A stretch of 64,000 bases of DNA from a virus, in IMG/VR virus record IMGVR_UViG_3300030104_002421, positions 1 to 64,000 of that record, one strand, 5' to 3'. The notes beneath the pieces were generated by a model that was given only the letters and a program-made list of their open reading frames with translations, was not told the DNA's origin and did not search any database. This document shows, piece after piece, positions 40,637-50,688 of the stretch; positions within the stretch are counted from its first letter, which is position 1, and each line of letters begins with the position of its first letter. The position numbers were made by a program, and so were the translations under genes.

Positions 40637-42196
40637 GTGGCAGAAATCTTTGGATTTGAAATAAAAAGAAAACCTACTGGGGCAAGTTCCCAGCAGTTTA
40701 CAGCACCTACAGCTGATGATGGTGTACAAACCATTATGGGTGGTGGTCATTTTGGCACCTACCTAGACATTGAAGGTAAAGTAAATAACGAGGCAGATTT
40801 AATTCGCAGGTATAGAGAGGTTGCAATACAACCTGAATGTGACCAAGCGATAGAAGATATTATCAACGAAGCAATTGTTGTTGATGATAATAAGGAAACG
40901 GTAAGACTTAACATGAATAAAGTACCGTTCTCACCTAAAATTAAAAAAAGTATTAATGACGAGTTTAACAATATACTTTCACTTATAGAGTTTGAAGGAA
41001 AAGGACATGATATCTTTCGTAGATGGTATGTTGACGGAAGAATAGTATATCACAAAGTAATAAACCCTAAAAATTTAAAAGAAGGTATAACAGAATTAAG
41101 ATATATTGATCCTCGAAAAATTAAAAAGGTAAGAAAACCTAAAGAGGATCCTACAAAAAGTTTTAAACCAAAAGACCCAAATAAACCTGAGGTTGTAGAA
41201 TTTGAAGAATTTTTTATCTACAATGAAAAAGGTATTGCGTCTGGCGGTAGTGTTGCTGCTACACAAGGTATGCAGATAACAAAAGACGCTATAGCGTTTT
41301 GCCCTAGTGGTCTTATAGACCAACAAAGAAATATGATATTGTCTCATTTACATAAGGCAATTAAACCTGTCAATCAATTAAGAATGATTGAGGATAGTGT
41401 TGTTATATATCGTATTAGTAGGGCACCAGAAAGAAGAATTTTTTATATTGATGTTGGTAATCTACCAAAAGTAAAGGCAGAGCAATATCTAAAAGATGTA
41501 ATGAACAGGTATAGAAATAAACTTGTTTATGACGCTTCAACAGGAGAGATTAGAGACGATAGACAATATATGTCTATGTTGGAGGACTTTTGGCTACCTA
41601 GACGAGAGGGTGGGAGAGGAACAGAAATAACAACTTTACCAGGTGGTTCAAACCTAGGTGAAATTGATGATATAAAATATTTCCAAAAGAAATTATATCA
41701 ATCGTTGAATGTTCCGTCTTCTCGTTTAGAAGCTGAGGGTAGTTTCAATATGGGTAGAGCAACTGAAATCAATAGAGACGAATTAAAATTTAGTAAATTT
41801 GTTCAAAGATTAAGAAACAGATTTAATAATTTATTCCATGATTTATTGAAAACACAATTAATCTTAAAAGGTATTGTAACAATAGAAGATTGGGAAAATA
41901 GTCTTGCAAGAACAATCAGATACGATTATGTAAATGATGGTTACTATGCAGAAATTAAAGAAAGCGAAATGTTTAAAGACCGTATGCAAGTTATGAGTGA
42001 TATGAAGAACAACGAAATGGTTGGTACATATTATTCACAGGACTTTGTAATGCGTAATATTCTTAAAATGTCAGACGCTGAAATATTAGAACAACAAGAA
42101 AAGATTGCTGCTGAAGCAAAAGCTGCTGAACAGCAACAACAACAAGAACCAGAGAATGGTGAAGAAGGAGATAATGATGACGGACAACAATTCTAA
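40637..42196 (+). CDS. gp20: Portal vertex protein gp20
   Basis: GTG start; YRISRAPERRIFYIDVGNLPK; EDFWLPRREGGRGTEITTLPGG. Confidence 0.96.
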   Translation: MAEIFGFEIKRKPTGASSQQFTAPTADDGVQTIMGGGHFGTYLDIEGKVNNEADLIRRYREVAIQPECDQAIEDIINEAIVVDDNKETVRLNMNKVPFSPKIKKSINDEFNNILSLIEFEGKGHDIFRRWYVDGRIVYHKVINPKNLKEGITELRYIDPRKIKKVRKPKEDPTKSFKPKDPNKPEVVEFEEFFIYNEKGIASGGSVAATQGMQITKDAIAFCPSGLIDQQRNMILSHLHKAIKPVNQLRMIEDSVVIYRISRAPERRIFYIDVGNLPKVKAEQYLKDVMNRYRNKLVYDASTGEIRDDRQYMSMLEDFWLPRREGGRGTEITTLPGGSNLGEIDDIKYFQKKLYQSLNVPSSRLEAEGSFNMGRATEINRDELKFSKFVQRLRNRFNNLFHDLLKTQLILKGIVTIEDWENSLARTIRYDYVNDGYYAEIKESEMFKDRMQVMSDMKNNEMVGTYYSQDFVMRNILKMSDAEILEQQEKIAAEAKAAEQQQQQEPENGEEGDNDDGQQF

Positions 42197-42395
42197 TCCT
42201 ACAAGGGATATGATTGACGCTTTGGATAAAGATAACAATGTGGATGCAGAGGTGCATTTTAAAAATGCTTTAAGTGCTAAAGTAGGGCAAGAACTTGACG
42301 ATAAGAGAAAAGATATTGCCAGCACTATTATGGCTAAAGAACCGGAAAAAACAAATGACAATAACGCTGAGCAATCTACGGAAATTGACGATTGA
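42174..42395 (+). CDS. Small prohead-core-region protein
   Basis: AGGAG SD; FKNALSAKV...KRKDIA; position after gp20. Confidence 0.65.
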   Translation: MMTDNNSNPTRDMIDALDKDNNVDAEVHFKNALSAKVGQELDDKRKDIASTIMAKEPEKTNDNNAEQSTEIDD

Positions 42396-42606
42396 GAGGG
42401 ACGAACACAAGCGTTCCCCAGTCTATAAAAAACAAGCACCAAAAGCCAAGAAGGCGATTGATGATGTAATGGTTATGCTGGCAAAGCAACCATCAAAAGT
42501 TTTAACTACATTCCCTAAAATAATTAAGGATGTAAGTAAAAAATATGGCGTAAAGCCAAAAGATATTGAAACCTATTTCGCAAAAGAAACAGGTCTAACC
42601 ATATAA
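42355..42606 (+). CDS. Hypothetical basic protein in head cluster
   Basis: MTITLSNLRK...IKDVSKKYGV. Confidence 0.6.
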   Translation: MTITLSNLRKLTIERDEHKRSPVYKKQAPKAKKAIDDVMVMLAKQPSKVLTTFPKIIKDVSKKYGVKPKDIETYFAKETGLTI

Positions 42607-42618
42607 AGGAGAGTAAAA

Positions 42619-43023
42619 ATGGCAGTAGTAAATAAAAGAACACTTGTTGATAGTGGTACAAGACATGTAGTTATGTTCGAAATCAACAACGCAACAAATG
42701 ACGCTGTGCAAGTGGTAGACGCTTCAGCATTAAAAGGACATGATAGTAACCCAACACTAGACATAAGAAGTATTAAGTGGAATACAACGGCAGCAACTAG
42801 TGATGTGGCATTTGAATTTGACGCAACAACAGATAGTCATGGTATATCAGTACACGGTAGTGGTGAGTATGGATTTCATGGTAAACAACCTATGATAACA
42901 AATCCAGAAGCAAGTGGCGTAACTGGTGATATAGTTATCACTAATGCGTCAGCAGTAACTGGTACTTTTATTTTAGAAGTACAAAAATCTAAAGGTTATG
43001 ATAACTCAGGACAAACAAGATAA
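42619..43023 (+). CDS. Putative virion protein, paralog of next gene
   Basis: AAGGAG SD; VDASAL...TGDIVIT. Confidence 0.7.
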   Translation: MAVVNKRTLVDSGTRHVVMFEINNATNDAVQVVDASALKGHDSNPTLDIRSIKWNTTAATSDVAFEFDATTDSHGISVHGSGEYGFHGKQPMITNPEASGVTGDIVITNASAVTGTFILEVQKSKGYDNSGQTR

Positions 43024-43409
43024 TGGCTGATACAGTAACAAGTCAAACTATAACGGATGTAGCCGGCACTAAAACGGTAATGAAATTTACCAATAAAAGT
43101 GATGGTACAGGAGAAACACTAGTAAATAAAGTGGATGCAAGTGAATTAAATCATGCGTCTTCAACGACTAAAATTGCTAGAGTAATTTATAGTGTCAATA
43201 CCACGGACCCTAAAGGGTCCGTTGAGATTGTATTTGATGGTTCAACTAATGCTACGGCATTGTTTCTATCAGGTCAAGGCACAATAGATTTACAAACATC
43301 TGCTATACAGATACCCAATAATGCGAGCTCCGCTACGGGCGACATTTTGTTTTCCACACACAATTTTGTCAACGGAGACAGTTATTCCGTCATTTTAGAA
43401 GTGAGATAA
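43023..43409 (+). CDS. Putative virion protein, paralog of previous gene
   Basis: DTVTSQTI...SDGTGE...VDASEL...TGDILFST. Confidence 0.7.
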   Translation: MADTVTSQTITDVAGTKTVMKFTNKSDGTGETLVNKVDASELNHASSTTKIARVIYSVNTTDPKGSVEIVFDGSTNATALFLSGQGTIDLQTSAIQIPNNASSATGDILFSTHNFVNGDSYSVILEVR

Positions 43410-43441
43410 TATAAATAGAACAAAAGGGGAAAATACGCAAC

Positions 43442-44095
43442 ATGAAACTTATAACAGAAGAACTTACAAATGTTGAATTGATGGTCGAAGAAAAAAACGG
43501 CTCAAAACAACATTTCATTAAAGGTACCTTCATGCAGGCAAACATAAAGAACAGAAATGGTCGTGTTTACCCAATGGAAGTATTAGAAAAAGAAGTAGGA
43601 AGATACAGAAAAGAATTTATTGACCGTAAAAGAGCATTTGGAGAACTTGGACATCCAGAAGGACCTACTGTTAACCTAGAAAGAGTATCACATATGATAA
43701 CTAAACTAGAGAATGACGGTAAAGGTAATTACTACGGTGAAGCAAAGATTACAGATACGCCATATGGTAAGATTGTAAAAGAACTTATCAACGAAGGCGC
43801 ACAATTAGGAGTTTCGTCAAGGGGCATGGGTTCCTTGGAGAATAAAGGTGGTACTAACTATGTAAAAAATGACTTTTACTTAGCAACTGCTGCCGACATT
43901 GTTGCAGATCCGTCTGCTCCATCAGCATTTGTACAAGGTGTTATGGAAGGTAAAGAGTGGGTATGGGATAATGGTATTGTCAAGGAACAAGATGTTTCTG
44001 AAATACAAGAAGAAATAAACCGTGCTAAGCGTGATGAATTAGTAAAAGCGCAGACTGCTGCTTTTGATAAATTTATGCGAAAGTTACAGTTTTAA
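43442..44095 (+). CDS. gp21: Prohead protease gp21
   Basis: NRNGRVYP; GELGHP; GVSSRGMGSL; DIVADPSAP; TATAAATA at 43410-43417. Confidence 0.96.
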   Translation: MKLITEELTNVELMVEEKNGSKQHFIKGTFMQANIKNRNGRVYPMEVLEKEVGRYRKEFIDRKRAFGELGHPEGPTVNLERVSHMITKLENDGKGNYYGEAKITDTPYGKIVKELINEGAQLGVSSRGMGSLENKGGTNYVKNDFYLATAADIVADPSAPSAFVQGVMEGKEWVWDNGIVKEQDVSEIQEEINRAKRDELVKAQTAAFDKFMRKLQF

Positions 44096-44147
44096 TAAAT
44101 AGTAGTACGCAAATTTAATATTTCGAAATATTGGAGAGATAAAAAAA

Positions 44148-45440
44148 ATGACGGAAGAAATTAAAAACGAACAAGAAATCGTTTCTGAAGCTCCTAAGGG
44201 ACAAGATGCTCCTAAAGCTGGTGCAGCTAAAGCTGAACCAATGCAAAAAGTAGGCGACTTTGAAGATTTAGGTCCAGCGGTTGTAAAACCAACTGACAAA
44301 AATCCAGACGCTGCTAAAAAAACTAAAAAAGATGCATCCGCTCCTACGAAAGGTGCCGGCGCACCGGAATCTGCTGAGAAAATGAAAAAAGAAGAAGCAG
44401 AACCAGAAGACGCTGAAGATAAAGAAAACGATAAAAAAGATGACGAAGAAGAAAAAGCTGAAGATTATGGTAAAATGGAAACACCAAAAACCAAATCTGG
44501 CATGATTCAGGCAATGTACGACAACATGAACAAAATGAAAAAAGCTGATTTACAAGCCAACTATGGCAAAATGATGAAAGCAATGAACATGAAAATGGAC
44601 ATGGATCCTGAAGATAAAGAAGACGAAGATAAAGAAAAAGAAATGGCAGCTGCTTCTGAAGCAGTAGAAAAAAGAGTTAAAGAAATTAATGTTGAAGAAG
44701 ATGTTAATGCTTTAGTTTCTGGCGATGAAACTTTATCTGAGGACTTTAAAGCTAAAGCCGCAACAATCTTTGAAGCTGCAGTTAAATCAAAAGTAAGAAA
44801 TGAAATCGAAAGATTAGAAGGTGAATACTCAACTGAAATAACTGAAGCAACAAACAACATTAAAGAAGAATTAACTAATAAGGTTGATAACTACTTAAAC
44901 TATGTTGTTGAAGAATGGATGAAAGAAAACGAACTTGCTATTGAAAAAGGTATCAAAGGCGAGATTGCTGAAGATTTCATCGGCGGATTAAAACAATTAT
45001 TTGAAGACCATTACATTGATGTTCCAGATGAAAAGTATGATGTGCTTGGCGCAAAAGAAACTGAACTGGAAGAAGCGAAAGCTAAAATCAATGAAATGAC
45101 TGAAAAAATGATTGAAAAATCTAAAGTCATTAACGAGTTTACTAAAGAAGAAATTTTAGAAGACATTACATCTGGTCTTGCTGACACAGAGGTAGAGAAA
45201 CTAAAATCTTTAGTAGAAGATATAAGTTACGAAGGTGCTGATGAGTACAGAACAAAATTAGAAACTATTAAGGAATCTTATTTTGGACAAGGTGCTTCAA
45301 AGGCGGCTCCGGCGTCAACTGAAAATGTTGACACACTTAACACCGACAATGGTAACACAGTAACAGATATGTCTGATAGCATGTCTCGTTATACGGCTGC
45401 AATTAGTAGGGTAAAAGGTAGAGATATCTACAATAACTAA
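44148..45440 (+). CDS. gp22: Prohead core scaffold gp22
   Basis: LSEDFKAKAATIFEAAV; YLNYVVEEWMKENELAI; LFEDHYIDVP. Confidence 0.93.
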   Translation: MTEEIKNEQEIVSEAPKGQDAPKAGAAKAEPMQKVGDFEDLGPAVVKPTDKNPDAAKKTKKDASAPTKGAGAPESAEKMKKEEAEPEDAEDKENDKKDDEEEKAEDYGKMETPKTKSGMIQAMYDNMNKMKKADLQANYGKMMKAMNMKMDMDPEDKEDEDKEKEMAAASEAVEKRVKEINVEEDVNALVSGDETLSEDFKAKAATIFEAAVKSKVRNEIERLEGEYSTEITEATNNIKEELTNKVDNYLNYVVEEWMKENELAIEKGIKGEIAEDFIGGLKQLFEDHYIDVPDEKYDVLGAKETELEEAKAKINEMTEKMIEKSKVINEFTKEEILEDITSGLADTEVEKLKSLVEDISYEGADEYRTKLETIKESYFGQGASKAAPASTENVDTLNTDNGNTVTDMSDSMSRYTAAISRVKGRDIYNN

Positions 45441-45465
45441 TAAACAAGAAAAGGATAGAATTAAA

Positions 45466-46731
45466 ATGTATAATTCAGAAAACTTACAGGAAAAGTGGTC
45501 ACCGGTTCTTGAGCATGCGGATCTACCAAAAATAGATAACCCATACAAAAGAGCGGTAACTGCTGTTATCCTAGAAAACCAAGAAAAAGCGGCGAAAGAA
45601 GACAAAGCATTCTTGGGAGAAATTGCCAATGTAACAGGTGACGCTGCCGTGGCAAATTGGGATCCAATCCTAATTTCTCTCGTAAGAAGAGCAATGCCTA
45701 ACTTAATCGCTTACGATATCTGTGGCGTTCAACCAATGACTGGTCCAACTGGACTAATCTTTGCAATGAAGTCCAGATTTACTTCAAACTCAGGCACAGA
45801 AGCATTATTCAACGAAGCTGATTCAGATTTCTCTGGAACAGGTACTCATTCTGCTTCTCTAAATCCAGGGTTGATGAACGATACTACAACTTCCGTTACT
45901 GCTGGTACTGGTATTGCAACTGCTACGGCAGAAGCTTCATCATCTTTCGCAGAAATGGCGTTCAGTATTGAAAAATCAACTGTAACTGCTAAAACTAGAC
46001 AGTTAAAAGCAGAATACACAATGGAACTTGCACAAGACTTAAAAGCAATCCATGGTTTAGACGCTGAAACAGAATTAGCAAACATCTTGTCTGCTGAAAT
46101 TCTTGCTGAGATTAACCGTGAAGTAGTGAGAACTATTTACGAAAAAGCTAAAAAAGGTGCAGGTGTTAATACAACTACTGCTGGAACTTTCGACCTTGAT
46201 ACTGATTCAAATGGTAGATGGTCTGTTGAGAAATTCAAAGGACTAATGTTCCAAGTAGAAAGAGACGCTAATGTAATCGCACAAGAAACAAGAAGAGGAA
46301 AAGGTAATATTATCATTTGCTCATCTGATGTTGCTTCTGCTTTACAAATGGCTGGTGTATTAGATTACGCTCCTGCTTTAAACAACAGTCTAAATGTTGA
46401 CGATACTGGTAATACTTTTGCTGGTACTCTAAACGGTAGATACAAAGTATATATTGATCCATATGCAAGTAACAATACTGCTGCTCAATACTATACTGTT
46501 GGTTATAAAGGAACTTCACCTTATGACGCTGGTATGTTCTATTGCCCATATGTACCACTACAAATGGTAAGAGCAGTAGGCGAAAACAGTTTCCAACCAA
46601 AAATTGGTTTCAAAACTAGATACGGTCTAATTAGAAACCCATTCGCTGAAGCAAGTGCTCAAGCTTCTGGAACAGGAACTGACCAAGCTAACATTTATTA
46701 CAGAATGGTTAAGGTTACTAACCTTATGTAG
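45466..46731 (+). CDS. gp23: Major capsid protein gp23
   Basis: LISLVRRAMPNLIAYDICGVQPMTGPTGLIFAM; FQPKIGFKTRYG. Confidence 0.97.
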   Translation: MYNSENLQEKWSPVLEHADLPKIDNPYKRAVTAVILENQEKAAKEDKAFLGEIANVTGDAAVANWDPILISLVRRAMPNLIAYDICGVQPMTGPTGLIFAMKSRFTSNSGTEALFNEADSDFSGTGTHSASLNPGLMNDTTTSVTAGTGIATATAEASSSFAEMAFSIEKSTVTAKTRQLKAEYTMELAQDLKAIHGLDAETELANILSAEILAEINREVVRTIYEKAKKGAGVNTTTAGTFDLDTDSNGRWSVEKFKGLMFQVERDANVIAQETRRGKGNIIICSSDVASALQMAGVLDYAPALNNSLNVDDTGNTFAGTLNGRYKVYIDPYASNNTAAQYYTVGYKGTSPYDAGMFYCPYVPLQMVRAVGENSFQPKIGFKTRYGLIRNPFAEASAQASGTGTDQANIYYRMVKVTNLM

Positions 46732-46756
46732 GATTCATTTCCTCCATGAAATTAAG

Positions 46757-46781
46757 AGGGCGCTACGGCGCCCTTTTTTTT
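46757..46781 (+). terminator. Intrinsic terminator after gp23
   Basis: AGGGCGC-TACG-GCGCCCT then T run. Confidence 0.9.
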
Positions 46782-46807
46782 GCTTTCCAGTCCTTATAAA
46801 TAGTAGT

Positions 46808-47404
46808 ATGACAGATAGTACATTAGCAACAAAACAACCAACTAATTTAGATTATGCTGACCCTACTAAATTTAAGTTTCAGATAATCAAACTACCTACT
46901 GTAGAATATAATACTGTACAGGCAACTTTGCCAGGTATATCATTAGCAGAGTTAAATCAACCTACTAGATTACAACAATTAAAACTTGCAGGTAATGATT
47001 TAACATTTGAAGATTTATCTATTACATTTATTGTAGATGAAGAATTAATAAACTACAGAAAAGTACATGATTGGATGTCAGGTTTAGCTCAAGTAGATGG
47101 TGATACATCATTTCAAAATGTATTAAGTGATGGACAAGATAGAATGCCATTGTCTCAAAGCAGAGGTATTCAAACAGAAGCAGGTAAGATTATGCCGGCA
47201 ACACCAGATGGTGCCATATATTCTGACGCTAAACTTATTGTATTGTCAAGTAGAAATTTACCTAAACTAGAGGTAACTTTCGTAGATTGTTATCCTAAAT
47301 CATTAAGTGCTTTAGAATACAATCAACAAGCAACAGATACGGAGTATCTACAAGCGACGGTGACTTTTGGTTATAAATACCATGAGTATAGTACACCATT
47401 TTAA
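46808..47404 (+). CDS. gp3: Tail completion protein gp3
   Basis: PTKFKF...LPGISL...ITFIVDEELINY...WM; TATAAATA (46795-46802)-5nt-ATG sets start. Confidence 0.85.
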   Translation: MTDSTLATKQPTNLDYADPTKFKFQIIKLPTVEYNTVQATLPGISLAELNQPTRLQQLKLAGNDLTFEDLSITFIVDEELINYRKVHDWMSGLAQVDGDTSFQNVLSDGQDRMPLSQSRGIQTEAGKIMPATPDGAIYSDAKLIVLSSRNLPKLEVTFVDCYPKSLSALEYNQQATDTEYLQATVTFGYKYHEYSTPF

Positions 47405-47412
47405 TTAAAAAC

Positions 47413-47441
47413 TTGCCTTTTTGGCAGGAATGTGATATAAT
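47413..47441 (+). promoter_or_regulatory. sigma70-type promoter of uvsY
   Basis: TTGCCT-17-TATAAT, ATG at about +1. Confidence 0.7.
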
Positions 47442-47447
47442 ATAATT

Positions 47448-47876
47448 ATGAATTTAGATGAACTACAAGCGCAAGCTGAAAAAGATTTGAAGATTGATGA
47501 TACTGAACTTGATATTGAAAGTTTAAATACACCAATCATACACGCCAAATACCTCAAACATTATTCCACTTATAGTCTAATGCTTACAAAAGCACAAAGC
47601 GAATACAATCAATTGTATAAAAAGAAATGGGTCTTTTATACAGGTAAAGCAGACCCAGAGGAATATAAAGAAACTAACTTTGAATTAAAAGTATTAAGAC
47701 AAGATGTTGGTACATTTATTGAGGCAGACGAAGAAATAATAAAACAAACACAAAAGGTTTCTTATCTTAAAACTGTATGTAATTATTTAGAGAACACACT
47801 TAAACAAGTTAACAATAGAGGTTTTCAAATAAAGAACGCAATAGATTGGAAACGATTTACGGAAGGAAGTATGTAA
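47448..47876 (+). CDS. uvsY: Recombination mediator UvsY
   Basis: DLKIDD...LDIESL.TP..HAKYL; YTGKA; RGFQIKNAIDW. Confidence 0.92.
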   Translation: MNLDELQAQAEKDLKIDDTELDIESLNTPIIHAKYLKHYSTYSLMLTKAQSEYNQLYKKKWVFYTGKADPEEYKETNFELKVLRQDVGTFIEADEEIIKQTQKVSYLKTVCNYLENTLKQVNNRGFQIKNAIDWKRFTEGSM

Positions 47877-48700
47877 TGATATTTTGCATTGGTAATGGAG
47901 AAAGTAGAAAAGATTTTGATTTAGATAGATTACGACCATTTGGTAAGATATATGGTTGTAACGGACTGTATAGAGATTTTGCACCTGATTTATTACTTGC
48001 AATGGATTATAACATATGCCACGAAATATATCGTAGTGGTTATGCCTTTGACCATAATGTTATGTTAAAAACATGGGAGAAAAATCCTGCTTCCATGTAT
48101 GATAAACTATTTTTACCAGAAACTGTGGCTAAGTTTATAGGACAAGATATAGATGATATACACGAACTTACAGATGAGTGGGCATGGAAAGGTGAAAAGA
48201 AAAGATTTTTTGTATGTTGGGCAAACAATAGAGACTTAATGAAAAAGATGAGAGAATCCAGACCAGAGTGGAATGAGGATGATATGAAACTTTATCTTAG
48301 CGAAGACCAAGAAGGTTATCTTATTACATGGACAAAGAAGAAAGATAAAGTAGTAGGACTAGGTAAGTATAAAGATGAAAAGACTAATGCAGGTATATTG
48401 ATTGCACATATGGCAGCAGAAAAAGAAAAACTTATATATCTACTAGGATATGATTACTACTCTAAAACAGAAACAGTTAATAATATATACAAAGATACAA
48501 AAGGTTATGTTGGTAAAAATGCACATGCAATAAAACCAGATAACTGGATAATGCATACAAAACGATTACTTAATCACTATGACAAAGACCACAAATTTGT
48601 ACATGTTGGTGAACCTATAGAAGAATTATCAGACCGTGATAATTGGGAAAATATCTCATATGAAGAACTAGATGAGCGAATTAGCCGTAACGAAATTTAA
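47876..48700 (+). CDS. Nucleotide-sugar transferase-like protein (Maf/MptE/sialyltransferase-like fold)
   Basis: CIGNGESR...YGCNGLYRD..PD...D; IYLLGYD...NNIYKDT. Confidence 0.5.
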   Translation: MIFCIGNGESRKDFDLDRLRPFGKIYGCNGLYRDFAPDLLLAMDYNICHEIYRSGYAFDHNVMLKTWEKNPASMYDKLFLPETVAKFIGQDIDDIHELTDEWAWKGEKKRFFVCWANNRDLMKKMRESRPEWNEDDMKLYLSEDQEGYLITWTKKKDKVVGLGKYKDEKTNAGILIAHMAAEKEKLIYLLGYDYYSKTETVNNIYKDTKGYVGKNAHAIKPDNWIMHTKRLLNHYDKDHKFVHVGEPIEELSDRDNWENISYEELDERISRNEI

Positions 48701-50141
48701 CGAAGCATATATTAAGTGTACTAGTGAAGATTTAGGACTGCTACAGTCTCTATCTGACTTTTTTACCTTTCCAGTACCTGGTGCCTCATTCATGCCATCT
48801 GTCCGTGCTAAACGGTGGGATGGTAAGATAAGATTATTTAGCAAAGCAACAGGAAAAATTTATGCTGGTGTGTTACCTTATATCATTGAGTTTTGTCGCC
48901 GGAACAGCCATACAATCATACTAGACGAAGCGTTAACCATTGGTGGGGGTGTTCCTACCAATGATGTTTCCAAGTTTATTGACAAATTATCAGTAAAAGA
49001 CATAGAAATTAGAGATTATCAATTAGGAGCGATTACACATGCATTGAATAGTAAAAAGACAATACTATTATCACCTACTGCTTCAGGTAAATCATTAATC
49101 ATCTATTGTATTATAAGAATGATGAAAGTTTTAGGTAATAAGTGTTTACTAATTGTACCTACCACTTCTTTGGTAGAACAAATGTATAAAGACTTTATTG
49201 AATACGGTTGGGACGCTGAGAAGTATGTACAAAGAAAATACTATGGTTATGAAATAGATGAAAGTAAACCTGTTGTTGTATCTACATGGCAATCTTTGGC
49301 AACTTTTGATAAAGAATACTTTAAAGATTTTGGTTGTGTTATAGGTGATGAAGCACACTTATTCAAATCTAAAGAATTGCAGAAAATTTTAGGTGCTTTA
49401 ATAAACGCTAAATATAGAATAGGTACAACTGGTACTTTAGATGATAGTAAAACACACAAACTTGTATTAGAAGGTTTATTTGGTACAGTACATCAAGTTA
49501 CAACAACACGAAGTCTCATAGACAAGAAACAATTAGCAGACTTAAAAATACAATGTATTGTTTTAAAATATCCTAAAGAGGATTGTATTCAAGTAAAGAA
49601 CTTGAAGTACCAAGAAGAAATGGATTACATTGTTTCACATGAAAAGAGAAACAAGTTTATTCGTAATCTAGTAAAGAAACAAACTGGTAATACTTTGGTA
49701 TTATTTCAGTATGTAGAAAAACATGGTAAGATATTACATCAACTTATTGGTGACACTATTGACCCAGAAACAAGAAAACTGTTTTTTGTATATGGTGGTA
49801 CAGATACGAAAGATAGAGAGACAGTTAGGAGTATAACAGAAAATGAAAGCAATGCTATTATCGTGGCGTCATATGGTACTTTCAGTACCGGTATTAACAT
49901 ACGGAATCTACATAACATTGTTTTTGCTAGTCCTAGCAAATCTAAAATTCGCAATCTCCAGTCTATTGGTCGTGGTCTTCGCCTTGGTGGTAATAAAGAT
50001 GTTGCTACGCTTTACGATATATCTGATGACTTTACCTATAAGACTTATAAGAACTTTACTATGAACCACTTTTTGGAAAGGATAAATATCTATAGTGAGC
50101 AAGAATTTGATTATGAAATATTTAATGTGGACCTTATATGA
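48672..50141 (+). CDS. uvsW: UvsW SF2 helicase
   Basis: WDGKIRLF; SPTASGKS; DEAH; LQSIGRGLR. Confidence 0.95.
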   Translation: MSELAVTKFNEAYIKCTSEDLGLLQSLSDFFTFPVPGASFMPSVRAKRWDGKIRLFSKATGKIYAGVLPYIIEFCRRNSHTIILDEALTIGGGVPTNDVSKFIDKLSVKDIEIRDYQLGAITHALNSKKTILLSPTASGKSLIIYCIIRMMKVLGNKCLLIVPTTSLVEQMYKDFIEYGWDAEKYVQRKYYGYEIDESKPVVVSTWQSLATFDKEYFKDFGCVIGDEAHLFKSKELQKILGALINAKYRIGTTGTLDDSKTHKLVLEGLFGTVHQVTTTRSLIDKKQLADLKIQCIVLKYPKEDCIQVKNLKYQEEMDYIVSHEKRNKFIRNLVKKQTGNTLVLFQYVEKHGKILHQLIGDTIDPETRKLFFVYGGTDTKDRETVRSITENESNAIIVASYGTFSTGINIRNLHNIVFASPSKSKIRNLQSIGRGLRLGGNKDVATLYDISDDFTYKTYKNFTMNHFLERINIYSEQEFDYEIFNVDLI

Positions 50142-50602
50142 CAGATAAAAAAGAAAAAGTAAATATAAAGAAAGTAGTAATACCTACACCTAGAATGCTA
50201 AAATTAGCAACAGGTGAACAGGTTATAGCGATTATCTATGTACAAGAAGGTTCAGATTTTATTCGCCTTTCTGACCCATATAAAATAGAATTACATAATT
50301 TTGACGCTGACCCTACGGCATACTATATGGAAGAAAGAATGTCAATGAAACCTTGGGTTTGGCAGGCGCAAGATAAGATATTTTCAGTACATAAAAACAA
50401 TATATTAACGATAGGTATGCCAAACGAAACTATCAAAGATTATTATAATAATATAAGATTAGGAAAAATAGAGGTTCCACAAGAGAAACCTTTAAAACCA
50501 ATGCCTTCCGTGGACGAGTTTAATCAAATGTTAGATAAACTAGGAGATGAAGATTATTTTGATGTTATAGAACATCTAAAGGGTAAGAAGACAGTACATT
50601 AA
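50138..50602 (+). CDS. Conserved hypothetical protein between uvsW and gp55 (Sm-like)
   Basis: LKLATGEQVIA...KPW. Confidence 0.7.
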   Translation: MTDKKEKVNIKKVVIPTPRMLKLATGEQVIAIIYVQEGSDFIRLSDPYKIELHNFDADPTAYYMEERMSMKPWVWQAQDKIFSVHKNNILTIGMPNETIKDYYNNIRLGKIEVPQEKPLKPMPSVDEFNQMLDKLGDEDYFDVIEHLKGKKTVH

Positions 50603-50634
50603 GCTAATATGTATCTGAAGGAGGGACACCGCCC

Positions 50635-50663
50635 ATTATACACTAACCCACCAAAAAAGTCAA
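50635..50663 (-). promoter_or_regulatory. Near-consensus sigma70 promoter firing antisense, no ORF downstream
   Basis: Minus strand TTGACT-17-TATAAT. Confidence 0.65.
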
Positions 50664-50688
50664 GCCTTTTTTTAAATTAATTTAATGC

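Noticed and set aside
36346-46731. Introns, inteins or homing endonucleases in terminase, portal or capsid genes
   Set aside because: ORFs are continuous and of normal length, with no HNH, GIY-YIG or LAGLIDADG motifs
46655-46807. N-terminal extension of gp3 in the ORF track
   Set aside because: Overlaps gp23 and its terminator; the late promoter points to ATG 46808
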